Shown in pieces: positions 1-8,644 of a stretch of DNA of 64,000 bases. The DNA comes from Vicinamibacteria bacterium (lineage in GTDB: Bacteria > Acidobacteriota > Vicinamibacteria > Vicinamibacterales > JAENWD01). How positions within the stretch are numbered: position 1 is the first letter of the stretch; the number at the start of each line of letters is the position of its first letter. The stretch spans positions 717,653-781,652 of the forward strand of contig CAWDCH010000018.1 of NCBI GenBank assembly GCA_963800785.1, in the 5' to 3' direction. The notes under the pieces were generated by a model. That model ran no database searches, was not told the origin of the DNA, and saw only the letters and a program-made list of their open reading frames with translations. Position numbers and translations under genes: made by a program.

Positions 1-2
1 CT

Positions 3-484
3 ACGGCCATCCTGATCCAGGGCCCAGGCACCATCACCGGATTCGGAGAGGGGCTGGAATTCGCAAACGTCGCCTTCTCAAAAGTGATCCAGGTGACAGC
101 CACCAGGAACAGCGGCAACGGCTTTCTGGTGATTGACGTCCGCTCCACCAATAATGTGTTCCAAGGCAATGTAGCAACGCTAAACGACCACGCTGGTATC
201 TCCATAGTTATTCGGCCGCGAGAACAAAATTGTCAACAACCTTGTCATGAACAACGAGGTCGGCATCGACCTCGTTTTTGCGGACCTGAACAAGATTTAC
301 GCGAATACCGCCACTAGCAACACGTCGATGGGAATCACTGTCAGGGGAGACGCAGAACGAGATCGGCGGGAACACGGCGGTAGGTAACGCAGTTGAGGAC
401 ATGTACGACAGCGCACCGAACTGCGACGACAACCAATGGCTGGGCAATCGGTTCGTCACGGCGAACCAATCGTGCATTCAGTAG
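3..484 (+). pseudogene. Right-handed parallel beta-helix repeat protein, C-terminal part, interrupted by two frameshifts
   Basis: Frame 3 from nt 3 reads ...NSGNGFLVIDVRSTNNVFQGNVATLNDHAGISI. The sense continues in frame 1 from about 214 (NKIVNNLVMNNEVGIDLVF...SMGITV) and in frame 2 from about 345 (NEIGGNTAVGNAVEDMYDSAPNCDDNQWLGNRFVTANQSCIQ, stop 482-484). The repetitive N/G/I turns are typical of beta-helix proteins. Confidence 0.5.
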
Positions 485-842
485 GTGCCAGGTCGGGGGG
501 ATGGCAGAGGCTGATCCAAGCCCGATGCACCCTCCCTTCTCCAAAACGTCAGGCGCTTCGCTAGAAGGCAACTTCTTTCCGAATGCGCCCAGAGAGGATC
601 AATACGCGGTAAAACGGCACGCTGCAGCCGACGGCGCTCGATCGCTCTGCGTCGCGGCTCAGCGCAATCGTTAAGTCGCGATAGACACCGTTGTGACTAC
701 CTCTTCGCCCCGCGTGATGCTTCCCAGACGTGTCACCAGCCGAAGTTTTTATTAGCCTCTTAGATTAAGAGTGGCAGTAAGTACGTTCGTCCGCTTCGTG
801 GTACTGATAGTCTGTAAGACTTGTGTTACACTGGCGCATCTG

Positions 843-1058
843 ATGACGCCAATCAAGCGAACCATAACGTTCCGGATCGATGACGACCTGTTGGCGCAGC
901 TGGAGGCGTTGTGGGAACGAGACGGGATCAACGCCTCGGAGCAGATCCGCCGCGCGCTGAGAGTCTGGTTGAAGTCGAAGGGCGTCACGAAATCGGCGAA
1001 GCCGAGGGCTGCGACGCCGTTGCACGCGCGCCGGTCGTCTGCGCGCGCGAAGGCTTGA
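843..1058 (+). CDS. Ribbon-helix-helix (CopG/Arc-like) DNA-binding protein
   Basis: From the internal ATG at 843 the protein reads MTPIKRTITFRIDDDLLAQLEALWERDGINASEQIRRALRVWL, the classic RHH beta-strand plus two helices. The longer ORF-track start at 771 adds a non-coding-looking leader. Confidence 0.7.
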   Translation: MTPIKRTITFRIDDDLLAQLEALWERDGINASEQIRRALRVWLKSKGVTKSAKPRAATPLHARRSSARAKA

Positions 1059-1062
1059 GACG

Positions 1063-1344
1063 GTGCGGCCGGTGAGCGAAGACGATCGTTTCAGTTGGGA
1101 CTACAAGCCGCCCGCACAGCGGTTGGAGCCGGTGATACTGGCTCCGCCGCTATGGACGTTGACGAAGAACGGCCACAACGCCGCGGCGCACGTCAGGTCG
1201 ATCGATGGCGTCGGCCTGGAGCTGCGATTCTCGATCGATGATTCGCTCTATCACTCTCAGATCTTCCGCGATTGGCAATTGCTGGAGCAGGCGGCGGGAG
1301 AGAAGAAGACCGATTTCCTTAGAACGGGGTTGGACGGAGGCTGA
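1063..1344 (+). CDS. Hypothetical protein (93 aa), 4 nt downstream of the RHH gene
   Basis: GTG-start ORF immediately after the RHH stop, with GC-rich third positions. I recognise no family. Confidence 0.4.
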   Translation: MRPVSEDDRFSWDYKPPAQRLEPVILAPPLWTLTKNGHNAAAHVRSIDGVGLELRFSIDDSLYHSQIFRDWQLLEQAAGEKKTDFLRTGLDGG

Positions 1345-1374
1345 TATCACCGCCAAGACGAAGGGCAGCGAGAC

Positions 1375-2708
1375 ATGACCAAGCGACAGCGCAACGACGG
1401 ACTCCGGAAGATCTGCAAGTGCCCGCTCCGCAACTGGGCGCGGTGCTCACACCCCTGGACTTCTCATACAAGCCGAAGGGCGCACCGCGCGTGCGGATCT
1501 CGCTCGATCGGCACGTCGGTCAACACGTCGAATCGCTGGACGAGGCGAAGACGATCGCGGCGAATCTGCGAACGGCCATCGTCAACGGCGAATACCCGCC
1601 AGCCCCGCGGGCCGTGGAAACTCCAGCAGCGCCCGTCACGCTACGGACCGCCGCGGATCGGTTCCTCGAAAGCGTGCCCGTCCTGAAGGGCAAGAATCAG
1701 GGCAAGGCGCGCGGCATCAACGACCACCAGATGCTTGCCACGCTCTGCGGCTGGACGCCTGAAGGCGCATCCGTGGCGCTTGGCGAGCATTTGCCTTCGG
1801 CGCTTACCGAAGATGTGCTGGAGGCGTTTGTGATGCACCTGCGCGACGCTGGGCGTGCGGCGTCCACCGTGAACAAATACATCCAGACGCTCAAGGCGCT
1901 GGACCGCTGGCTGACGAAGAAGGGCTACCGGCCCACATCGGCGCTGAGCGGCGAGTCAGAGACGCTCAGGCGTCGGCAAGGCACACGCCGCGATCGTCGT
2001 CTGGTGCCCGATACCGTTGACGAGAAGGGCAAGCTGACGCACGAGGGCGAGGAAAAGCGGCTGCTGAAGGCCGCGGGTCCGTGGATGCAGCGGTTCATCA
2101 TCGCGGCGCTAGAGACGGGCGGGCGAAGCGGCGAGCTCCTGGCGCTGACGTGGGGCGATGTGGACCTAACGCGCGGGGAACTCCGCATCAGCGGCGACGC
2201 CAACAAAACCGGCGACGCCCGGCGGCTGCCAATCTCGCCGCGTCTTCGTTCCGTGCTGGAGATGGTGCAGAGCGACCCGGCAGGCAAGCGACTCCCCCAC
2301 CGGGCGCGCGTCTTCGGCGATGCACTCGGCGAGCCCGTTGGATCAATCAAGAAGGCATGGGAGACCGCGGTGCTCATGGCGAACGGCCACAAGCCACGGT
2401 GGACCGCTACGAAGGCATTAGCGCCGGAGTCCCGCGCTGCTCTACGGACAATCGACCTGCACTTCCACGACCTGCGCCACGAGGCTGGAAGCAGAATGCT
2501 CGAAGCCGGTTGGCCGCTCCACTATGTGCAGCGAATGCTCGGTTACGCCGACGTGAAGTAGATGGCGATATACCTGAACGCTGAGCGCGTCGGTCTTCAC
2601 GAGTCGATGAAACGGTTCGGGACTGCATCTGTGTGGCAATCTGTGGTAAAGGAGATTACTGAAGAGCAACTGTTTACTGGCTACGAATTTGTTGATGTTT
2701 CGTTGTAA
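1375..2708 (+). pseudogene. Tyrosine recombinase (phage-type integrase) with an N-terminal frameshift and an in-frame TAG before the catalytic Tyr
   Basis: ATG 1375 gives MTKRQRNDGLRKICKCPLRNWARCSHPW in frame 1. The sense then continues in frame 3 (DFSYKPKGAPRVRISLDRHVG...), implying a 1-nt loss near 1457. HDLRHEAGSRMLEAG...LGYADVK is followed by TAG at 2559-2561, then MAIYLNAERVGLHESMKRF in the same frame to TAA 2706-2708. Confidence 0.8.
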
Positions 2709-2735
2709 ATTACTGTGAATTGAAGCGATGAGGGA

Positions 2736-2812
2736 TGGTGCGCGTGCCCAGACTCGAACTGGGGGCCTTCCGCTTAGGAGGCGGATGCTCTATCCACCTG
2801 AGCTACACGCGC
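2736..2812 (-). tRNA. tRNA-Arg (anticodon CCT), CCA encoded
   Basis: The reverse complement is GCGCGTGTAGCTCAGGTGGATAGAGCATCCGCCTCCTAAGCGGAAGGCCCCCAGTTCGAGTCTGGGCACGCGCACCA. It has a 7-bp acceptor stem, D and T arms, and anticodon loop CTCCTAA. Confidence 0.9.
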
Positions 2813-2836
2813 ACGTTGAGAGCAACTGCTAATTTA

Positions 2837-3268
2837 TCAGAGACTTGCCGCCGTTTTTCTGGTCCTCGATGCAAGGTGACAAATGCTTGTCGCCGTCTCG
2901 CTTGCATCTTCCTTGCATGTTTGGCGCGCCTCATCGAATCGCCGGATGCTTTCGTGCAGGCCGGTCGCCGTCGCGTTCAAGTAGATCCCCGTCGTCTTCA
3001 CCTCGGCGTGCCCCAGCAACTCTTGCACATGATGGATCGGGATGCCGGCCTCGAGCCATCGGCTGCCGGCCTCATGTCGTAGATCGTGAAGGTGCAAGTT
3101 GATCGCGGTGTACTGCTCTGCCGATTCCGTATCAAGCTGGTTAGATGCCGACCACTTCGCCTTGACCTGCGTGATGCCGGCAATGTTGCGCAGCCCAAGC
3201 AACGGACTGGATCCTGCCCCGGTGCCCTCAAGGCATTCGCGGTCGATCTTGGCGGCAAGCTGCCGCTC
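2837..3268 (-). pseudogene. C-terminal fragment of a second, different tyrosine integrase
   Basis: Reads ...INLHLHDLRHEAGSRWLEAGIPIHHVQELLGHAEVKTTGIYLNATATGLHESIRRF. Only about 140 codons are open, bounded upstream by a stop at 3269-3271. There is no N-terminal or core-binding part. It ends 24 nt from the tRNA 5' end. Confidence 0.75.
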
Positions 3269-3278
3269 CTATGTTTTC

Positions 3279-3593
3279 ATGGCTCACGACGGCGGCGATG
3301 CGCTCAAGCGCGCCGACGAAGTGCAGCCGCAGGTGGTGCTGATGGATTTGGGCCTGCCGGTGCTCGACGGCTATCAGGTCGCGAGTGCGCTCAGGGGGCG
3401 GCCAAACGGAGCGGCGCTGACACTCGTGGCCGTCTCAGGGTACGGCCCTGATCAGAATCCGGAGCGCTCCGTCGAAGCCGGCTTCGATCATCACCTCGTG
3501 AAGCCAATCGACTGCGCGTCGCTGCTCGATCTGCTGTCGAATTCCACGCGCCGACGGTCCAGACACGCGCAGAGAGCCGCGATTGGTGACTGA
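3279..3593 (+). pseudogene. Response-regulator receiver domain fragment lacking the N-terminal acidic pocket
   Basis: Reads AHDGGDALKRADEVQPQVVLMDLGLPVLDGYQVASALR...LTLVAVSGYGPDQNPERSVEAGFDHHLVKPID. The usual leading (I/V)LVVDD strand is absent. Homology starts about 10 nt from the integrase fragment. Confidence 0.6.
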
Positions 3594-3612
3594 GGTGGGG
3601 TGAAGGTCGATT

Positions 3613-3674
3613 ATTGCGGATTGCGGATTGTGGATTGTGGATTTGATTGCGGATTGGAGTTGATTGCGGATTGG
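3613..3674. repeat. Heptamer array (GCGGATT/GTGGATT)n
   Basis: The sequence is attgcggattgcggattgtggattgtggatt tgattgcggattggagttgattgcggattgg. The first 31 nt are identical to 3961-3991. Confidence 0.9.
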
Positions 3675-3689
3675 CTCACCCGCAAACCG

Positions 3690-3947
3690 CTATTTACGAC
3701 GGCCGGAGGCGGGCGAGACGTCGATCGCCAGGCTGATGACAATGCCGACGAGCGGAATGAACGACCACTCGCCGCCGAACCAGTGCTGTACCGCCGAATA
3801 CCAGAGCAGCGTCGTCGGCAGGAAAATGAAGCCGAGAAGGATCCAGATGCTGCCTGGGACGACGGCGAACCAGCCCGTAAACAGCCAAAGAACGACGATC
3901 ACGAGCCGTGGTGTAATCAGGGCAATGAGGGTCAGGAGGCAGGGCAT
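3690..3947 (-). CDS. Small integral membrane protein (85 aa, about 3 TM segments)
   Basis: Reads MPCLLTLIALITPRLVIVVLWLFTGWFAVVPGSIWILLGFIFLPTTLLWYSAVQHWFGGEWSFIPLVGIVISLAI. It is strongly hydrophobic. It is the only ORF between the two heptamer arrays. Confidence 0.6.
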   Translation of the reverse strand: MPCLLTLIALITPRLVIVVLWLFTGWFAVVPGSIWILLGFIFLPTTLLWYSAVQHWFGGEWSFIPLVGIVISLAIDVSPASGRRK

Positions 3948-3960
3948 GGTGAGCCTCGCT

Positions 3961-3992
3961 ATTGCGGATTGCGGATTGTGGATTGTGGATTG
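3961..3992. repeat. Heptamer array (GCGGATT/GTGGATT)n, direct copy of 3613-3644
   Basis: The sequence is attgcggattgcggattgtggattgtggattg, in the same orientation as the array at 3613. Confidence 0.9.
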
Positions 3993-4024
3993 TTGACTCT
4001 CGTAGGTTCGAGCTGCAGCTCGGC

Positions 4025-4540
4025 CTAGTACCGAAGTACAGCGTACACGTTCTCGCCTTCCAGTTGGTTCCGCCCCTTCAACGCCTCGAGCTCAATCAGA
4101 AACGCCAGAGCGTGGACCGTCCCGCCGAGCTGTCGCACGAGTGAAGCGGTCGCCTTAGCGGTTCCACCGGTCGCGATCACGTCGTCAACGATCAACACAC
4201 GCTGCCCATGCTCAACGGCATCGGCGTGCATCTCGAGCGAATCGGTGCCGTACTCGAGCGCATAGCTCTCACGCACGGCGTTCGACGGCAGTTTCCCGGG
4301 TTTGCGAACGGGGACGAAGCCGGCATGCAGCCGATCGGCGACTGCGCCGCCGAGGATGAAGCCGCGGCTCTCGGTCCCGACGACGACATCGATGTTCTTG
4401 TCCGTGAAAGGATGGGTCAGCGCATCGATCGCCACGCGGAAGCCGTCGGCATCGCGCAGAAGCGTCGTGATGTCGTAGAAGAGAATGCCGGGCTTCGGGA
4501 AGTCGGCAACGTGGCGGATCTTCGTCTTCAGGATTTCCAT
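4025..4540 (-). CDS. apt: Adenine phosphoribosyltransferase
   Basis: Reads MEILKTKIRHVADFPKPGILFYDITTLL...VVGTESRGFILGGAVA...LIVDDVIATGGTAKA, which carries the PRPP-binding motif. The start is the ATG at 4540 inside the longer track ORF. Confidence 0.9.
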   Translation of the reverse strand: MEILKTKIRHVADFPKPGILFYDITTLLRDADGFRVAIDALTHPFTDKNIDVVVGTESRGFILGGAVADRLHAGFVPVRKPGKLPSNAVRESYALEYGTDSLEMHADAVEHGQRVLIVDDVIATGGTAKATASLVRQLGGTVHALAFLIELEALKGRNQLEGENVYAVLRY

Positions 4541-4568
4541 TCGGCGTCTGCTCTCCTCGTTATGGCTG

Positions 4569-4844
4569 TCAGGGCAGGATACGAAAGTCCAGAAATCGCC
4601 CGGACGCGGGTTGCAGGTCGACCAGGACGTCGTCCACACGCGCGCCGATCGGACCCTGGCGCAGGCTCCGTTCGAAGCGCTCGACAGCTTCGGCGTCGCC
4701 TTCAGCCACGACCTCGACCCGACCATCGTCCAGGTTGCGCACGCTGCCCGTGATGCCCTCGCGAGCCGCCGCCGTGTGCGCGAAATAGCGGAAGCCGACG
4801 CCCTGCACGCGCCCCGTGACGACAAAGCGCCGTCCAACCAGCAT
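4569..4844 (-). CDS. acyP: Acylphosphatase
   Basis: Reads MLVGRRFVVTGRVQGVGFRYFAHTAAAREGITGSVRNLDDGRVEVVAEG, matching the V-x-G-x-V-Q-G-V-x-F-R signature. It is 91 aa. Confidence 0.85.
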   Translation of the reverse strand: MLVGRRFVVTGRVQGVGFRYFAHTAAAREGITGSVRNLDDGRVEVVAEGDAEAVERFERSLRQGPIGARVDDVLVDLQPASGRFLDFRILP

Positions 4845-4853
4845 GAACCCACG

Positions 4854-4861
4854 ATTATAGT
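4854..4861. promoter_or_regulatory. Overlapping back-to-back -10 boxes in the 22-bp acyP/HD-gene divergent spacer
   Basis: The plus strand has TATAGT at 4856-4861, 5 nt before ATG 4867. The minus strand has TATAAT (complement of 4854-4859), 9 nt before ATG 4844. Both lie inside the palindrome cccacgattatagtggg. There is no room for a Shine-Dalgarno sequence. Confidence 0.35.
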
Positions 4862-4866
4862 GGGCT

Positions 4867-5529
4867 ATGTTCACAGCCGTCGATTGGGTGCCGCCGGACC
4901 GGCGGAAGATCACGCCGCGCTTTACCACGGCCCTCGTGGTCGCCGCGGAGCTTCACGCCGGACAGCGGCGCAAAGGCCTGGGACCGCCCTACATCGCCCA
5001 CCTTCTGGGCGTGACCGCCATCGCGTTCGATTTCGGCGCCAACGAGGACGAGGCGATTGGCGCGCTGCTTCACGACTCGATCGAAGACGCGCCGGAGTCG
5101 CTCGGCGTGGAAGGTGTGCGGTCGCTGATAGGCGAGCAGTTCGGCCTTGCCGTGCTCGACATCGTCGAGGGATGTACCGACAGCGACACAACGCCGAAGC
5201 CGCCCTGGCGTGCGCGCAAGGAGCACTACATCGCGCACGTCGCCGATGTGTCAGCGTCGACGCTATTGGTCTCGGCGTCCGACAAACTGCACAACGTGCG
5301 TTCGATTGTGCGCGACTTCCGCGTGCTTCACGAGGCCGTCTGGAAACGCTTCAGCCCGGAGGCCGGAAAGGCCGGAACGATTGGTTACTATCGGGGACTG
5401 GTCACGGTGTTCCGTCGCCGCCAGCTCGACGGCACGCCGCAGTTTCCGCGCCTCGTCGACGAGCTCGATCTCGAGGTTACGACGCTGGAAACGCTGGCCG
5501 GACTCACCGGGCAGTGGCCGTTGCCATGA
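4867..5529 (+). CDS. HD-domain phosphohydrolase (RelA/SpoT-type HD fold)
   Basis: Contains AAELHAGQRRKG...PYIAHLLGV...ALLHDSIEDA...SASDKLHN, i.e. the H...HD...D metal-binding pattern. Confidence 0.8.
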   Translation: MFTAVDWVPPDRRKITPRFTTALVVAAELHAGQRRKGLGPPYIAHLLGVTAIAFDFGANEDEAIGALLHDSIEDAPESLGVEGVRSLIGEQFGLAVLDIVEGCTDSDTTPKPPWRARKEHYIAHVADVSASTLLVSASDKLHNVRSIVRDFRVLHEAVWKRFSPEAGKAGTIGYYRGLVTVFRRRQLDGTPQFPRLVDELDLEVTTLETLAGLTGQWPLP

Positions 5530-5563
5530 ATACCAGCGCCCACATTCGAATGAGGCGACGCTG

Positions 5564-6137
5564 CTACTGATCGAAGAGATCCTTCACTCGTGGCCAGAGG
5601 CACCGGTCTTCGAGATCGAGCTGTTCGGCGATCATGAAGCACACGATTTCCAGGTCGCTCACGAAGATCTCGAGCTCCTGATTCAGGCCTGCGAAGGCGC
5701 ACTCCTCCATCGTCCTGGTCAGGCTCGCGAGCAGTTCGCGGAGGAGATCGTGCTCCTGCGCGATGCCCTCCATCAGGATATCAAGCGCATCGCGCTTGAA
5801 GGGCGCCGATCGCCGCCCATAACTCTCGATAGCGATCGCGGCCGGAAAAAGGACTTCTCCCTCCGACCAGGCGTGCGCGTCGAGCACGAGCCGAAGCGTC
5901 GTCACAAGGCTGCTCAATCGGACCGCGAATGCTCCGGAGCTCGGTTCGGTCCGGCCCAGCACGTCAGCTGCGGCGAGCCGGGTCTGGTCCGCCCTGGCGC
6001 CGATGACATTCGAGCCGTTGAGCTATTGGCCTGTCGTAATGATGCGTCAGATGATGGATGAGATCGGTGAGCGTACGCCCGACCCACTCGGGCTCGCATT
6101 TGACGCTGATTGTCGCGCCTGTCCCCCCGGTGGTCAT
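5564..6137 (-). pseudogene. Hemerythrin-like (RIC-type di-iron) protein with an apparent frameshift
   Basis: ATG 6137 gives MTTGG...TLTDLIHHLTHHYDRP..., open only to 5964. The sense continues in another frame (open from about 6021): ...LVLDAHAWSEGEVLFPAAI...IAQEHDLLRELL to stop 5564. The H-x3-E-E-x-LFP hemerythrin motif is present. Confidence 0.5.
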
Positions 6138-6219
6138 TGAGACAGACTAGCGTCGTGGGTGGCCCCTGTCGTTGCGGGATCGCAAACACGTGCAGGGAAA
6201 CTGAAATCGTTGGGCCGGA

Positions 6220-6903
6220 TTACGCGCTCGCCAACTTCACGAGTCGATTCAAGCGTTTCACCTTCAGGCGAGCACGGTGAGATTCGAGGATATCGGCAGC
6301 GACCCAGTCGGAGACGATCCGGCTGGCGGTGTAAACCGTCGTGCCGGTCAAATCCGCCAGATCCTGCCGCGTCAGCGGCACGGGCAACGACACGCCATCG
6401 GTGTCACGTGTGCCATGGCGCTCGGTCAACTCGACCAGCGCCTTGGCAAGCCGTTGCGGCGCTCTTCCTTCGCTCAGCGTGTGCAATCGTTCCAGGACCA
6501 CTTTGGCGTTCCGGACGAGTTGCGCGTCGAGATAAGCATGGACGGCCGGAAATCGTGAGCGCAGCTGGAGCGCCTGGCTCCGCGTCCATGACTTCAGCTC
6601 CATGGGTGCAACCGCCACGGCGGTAATCAGGTAGCCGCCTGGGGCCCTCATCGCGGCGCGATGACCGAGCACGTCTCGCGGACCTGCGAACGCGGCGACG
6701 ACCTCGTGGCCATCAGGCGAGATGGAACTGATGCGCGCGTATCCGCTCACGATGACGAAGATCGTTCTCGCCAAATCGCCGCGTTTGAAGAGGATCTGGC
6801 CGCGGGGAACCCGCACGGTTGTCGCGGCGGCGTGGCAGATCGCCATCACGTCGTCCGTGAGGCTGTCGAAAGTGTGGATCCGTTCGACGGGGCTGGGGAG
6901 CAT
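6220..6903 (-). CDS. Crp/Fnr-family transcriptional regulator
   Basis: The cNMP-binding-like part reads [33 protein letters not shown]. The C-terminal HTH reads [24 protein letters not shown]. The start chosen is MLPSPVERI (6903). Confidence 0.85.
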   Translation of the reverse strand: MLPSPVERIHTFDSLTDDVMAICHAAATTVRVPRGQILFKRGDLARTIFVIVSGYARISSISPDGHEVVAAFAGPRDVLGHRAAMRAPGGYLITAVAVAPMELKSWTRSQALQLRSRFPAVHAYLDAQLVRNAKVVLERLHTLSEGRAPQRLAKALVELTERHGTRDTDGVSLPVPLTRQDLADLTGTTVYTASRIVSDWVAADILESHRARLKVKRLNRLVKLASA

Positions 6904-6957
6904 TGCGGAACGCGCGGTCAGAGAGACCCTACCACGGAATTGCCATGCATGGATGGT

Positions 6958-6979
6958 TGACGCACAATTCACAACGTCA
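6958..6979. promoter_or_regulatory. Inverted repeat TGACG-N12-CGTCA in the crp-like/oxidoreductase divergent spacer
   Basis: The sequence tgacgcacaattcacaacgtca has perfect 5-bp arms. It lies between divergent starts at 6903 (-) and 7013 (+). It is a candidate operator only. Confidence 0.25.
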
Positions 6980-7012
6980 GTCTGCGCGGCCACACCTTCT
7001 TTGCGGAGCTCA

Positions 7013-8551
7013 ATGATGTCAGATTCGTCGAAAACGCCCGACACCCGGCCCACTGCCACGACGCGACGTACGTTCCTGAAGGAGGCGGCCGCCGCGGCTG
7101 CTGGTTTCACCATCGTGCCGCGGCACGCGGTCGCGGGCTCCGGCCTGACGCCTCCGAGCGATCTCCTCAACATCGCTGGCGTCGGCGTCGGTGGGATGGG
7201 GCGCGCGAATCTGATCAACCTGTCCAGCCAGAACATCGTGGCTCTCTGCGATGTGGACTGGGACTACGCGAATAAAGGATTCGCTCGGCTCGACTCCACC
7301 ATCGAGCAAACCAAAGGGCGGCTCGATTCGGCCAGTTCACCGGCCGAGCGTCAACGCATGCAGGATCAGATCGCCGGTGCACAGCGCCTGAAGGACGTCC
7401 ATCTCCCGAAGGCGGCGAGGTACACCGATTTCCGAGAGATGCTGGAAAAGCAGAAGGACATCGACGCGGTTCTCGTCGCGACGCCCGATCATCTCCACGC
7501 CATCATCGCCTCAGCGGCAATGGACCTGGGGAAGCATGTCTATGTGCAGAAGCCGTTGACGTGGTCGGTGGCCGAAGCCCGCCACCTGGCCAAGAAGGCG
7601 AAAGACAAGAAAGTCGTGACGCAGATGGGCAACCAGGGCCACTCGTCCGACGACGCGCGTCTGATCAACGAGCACATCGCCGCGGGGACCATCGGCGAGG
7701 TGCGGGAAGTGCATGTGTGGACGAACCGGCCGCTCACCCACTGGCCGCAGGGTATTCCTGCGCCCGAAAAGGTCGCCACCGAGAATCTGCCCTGGAGCAT
7801 GTCGGGCGTGATGCAGCGGCTCGCCAACGCGATGGCCGGCGACTACCCCGCTCCGACCGGCCTCCGCTGGGATCTCTTCGTCGGCCCGTCCGCGCAAGTT
7901 GCGTATCACCCCGTCTATCACCCCTTCAACTGGCGCGGCTGGGTCGAGTGGGGCTGCGGCGCCCTCGGCGACATGGGCGCGCATCTGATCGACCATCCGT
8001 TCTGGGCGCTCGATCTCGACTTGCCCAGAAGCATCGAAACCGTTGCGACGCCGTACAACAAGGCGACGTTCCCGGCGGCGACGATGACGTACTACGACTT
8101 CGCGGCGCGCGGCAGCCTGCCGCCGGTCCGATTGACGTGGTACGACGGCGCGCTGCTGCCGCCGCGGCCCGAGGAGTTGGGAGAGCAGCCCCTCGACAAA
8201 ACGGGTGGCGTGCTCTACATCGGCAGCAAGGGCAAGTTGATGCACGAGACCTATGGCGCCAATCCCCGACTGCTCGGCGCACTTGCGGACACGCCCGCGC
8301 CGCCGCAGAAGCTGCCGCGCATCGGAACGACGCACGAGCTGAACTGGGTACAGGCGGCGAAGGGCAATGGCGAGACGTCGTGCCCGTTCGAGTACGCGGC
8401 ACGCCTGACCGAAACGATGCTGCTCGGCCTGGTCGCGCTAAAGGCAGGGGGAAAGATCCACTATGACGGCGAGAACATGCGCGTCACGAACAACGCCGCC
8501 GCGAATGATTTCCTCAAGCGCGAATACCGCCCCGGGTGGGCGCTCACCTAG
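7013..8551 (+). CDS. Gfo/Idh/MocA-family oxidoreductase with twin-arginine signal
   Basis: Starts [32 protein letters not shown]. The Rossmann part reads [12 protein letters not shown]...[11 protein letters not shown]...KHVYVQKPL. The track ORF start at 6722 overlaps the crp-like gene and is rejected. Confidence 0.85.
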   Translation: MMSDSSKTPDTRPTATTRRTFLKEAAAAAAGFTIVPRHAVAGSGLTPPSDLLNIAGVGVGGMGRANLINLSSQNIVALCDVDWDYANKGFARLDSTIEQTKGRLDSASSPAERQRMQDQIAGAQRLKDVHLPKAARYTDFREMLEKQKDIDAVLVATPDHLHAIIASAAMDLGKHVYVQKPLTWSVAEARHLAKKAKDKKVVTQMGNQGHSSDDARLINEHIAAGTIGEVREVHVWTNRPLTHWPQGIPAPEKVATENLPWSMSGVMQRLANAMAGDYPAPTGLRWDLFVGPSAQVAYHPVYHPFNWRGWVEWGCGALGDMGAHLIDHPFWALDLDLPRSIETVATPYNKATFPAATMTYYDFAARGSLPPVRLTWYDGALLPPRPEELGEQPLDKTGGVLYIGSKGKLMHETYGANPRLLGALADTPAPPQKLPRIGTTHELNWVQAAKGNGETSCPFEYAARLTETMLLGLVALKAGGKIHYDGENMRVTNNAAANDFLKREYRPGWALT

Positions 8552-8554
8552 GAT

Positions 8555-8639
8555 TCGAGAACTCGAGAAACGCGAGAACTCGAGAAATGTGGGGGTACGT
8601 CCCGACATTCTCGAGTTCGCGAGTTCTCGATTTTTCGAG
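8555..8639. repeat. Imperfect hairpin built from CGAGAA(N2-3) units between convergent genes
   Basis: The left arm is cgagaactcgagaaacgcgagaactcgagaaatgt and the right arm is acattctcgagttcgcgagttctcgatttttcgag. It could act as a bidirectional terminator. Confidence 0.6.
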
Positions 8640-8644
8640 TTGTC

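Noticed and set aside
2559-2561. In-frame TAG in the integrase as pyrrolysine or programmed read-through
   Set aside because: There is no Pyl machinery or context. The same gene also has a frameshift, so simple inactivation is the economical reading.
3600-4028. Plus-strand ORFs (142 and 110 aa) with CGLRIVDCG repeats
   Set aside because: The repeats are translation of the GCGGATT/GTGGATT arrays. The middle is antisense to the hydrophobic 85-aa ORF, which is the more credible gene.
6722-7012. N-terminal 97-codon extension of the oxidoreductase ORF
   Set aside because: It overlaps the 5' part of the Crp/Fnr-like gene on the other strand and precedes the obvious Tat signal. The ATG at 7013 is the sensible start.
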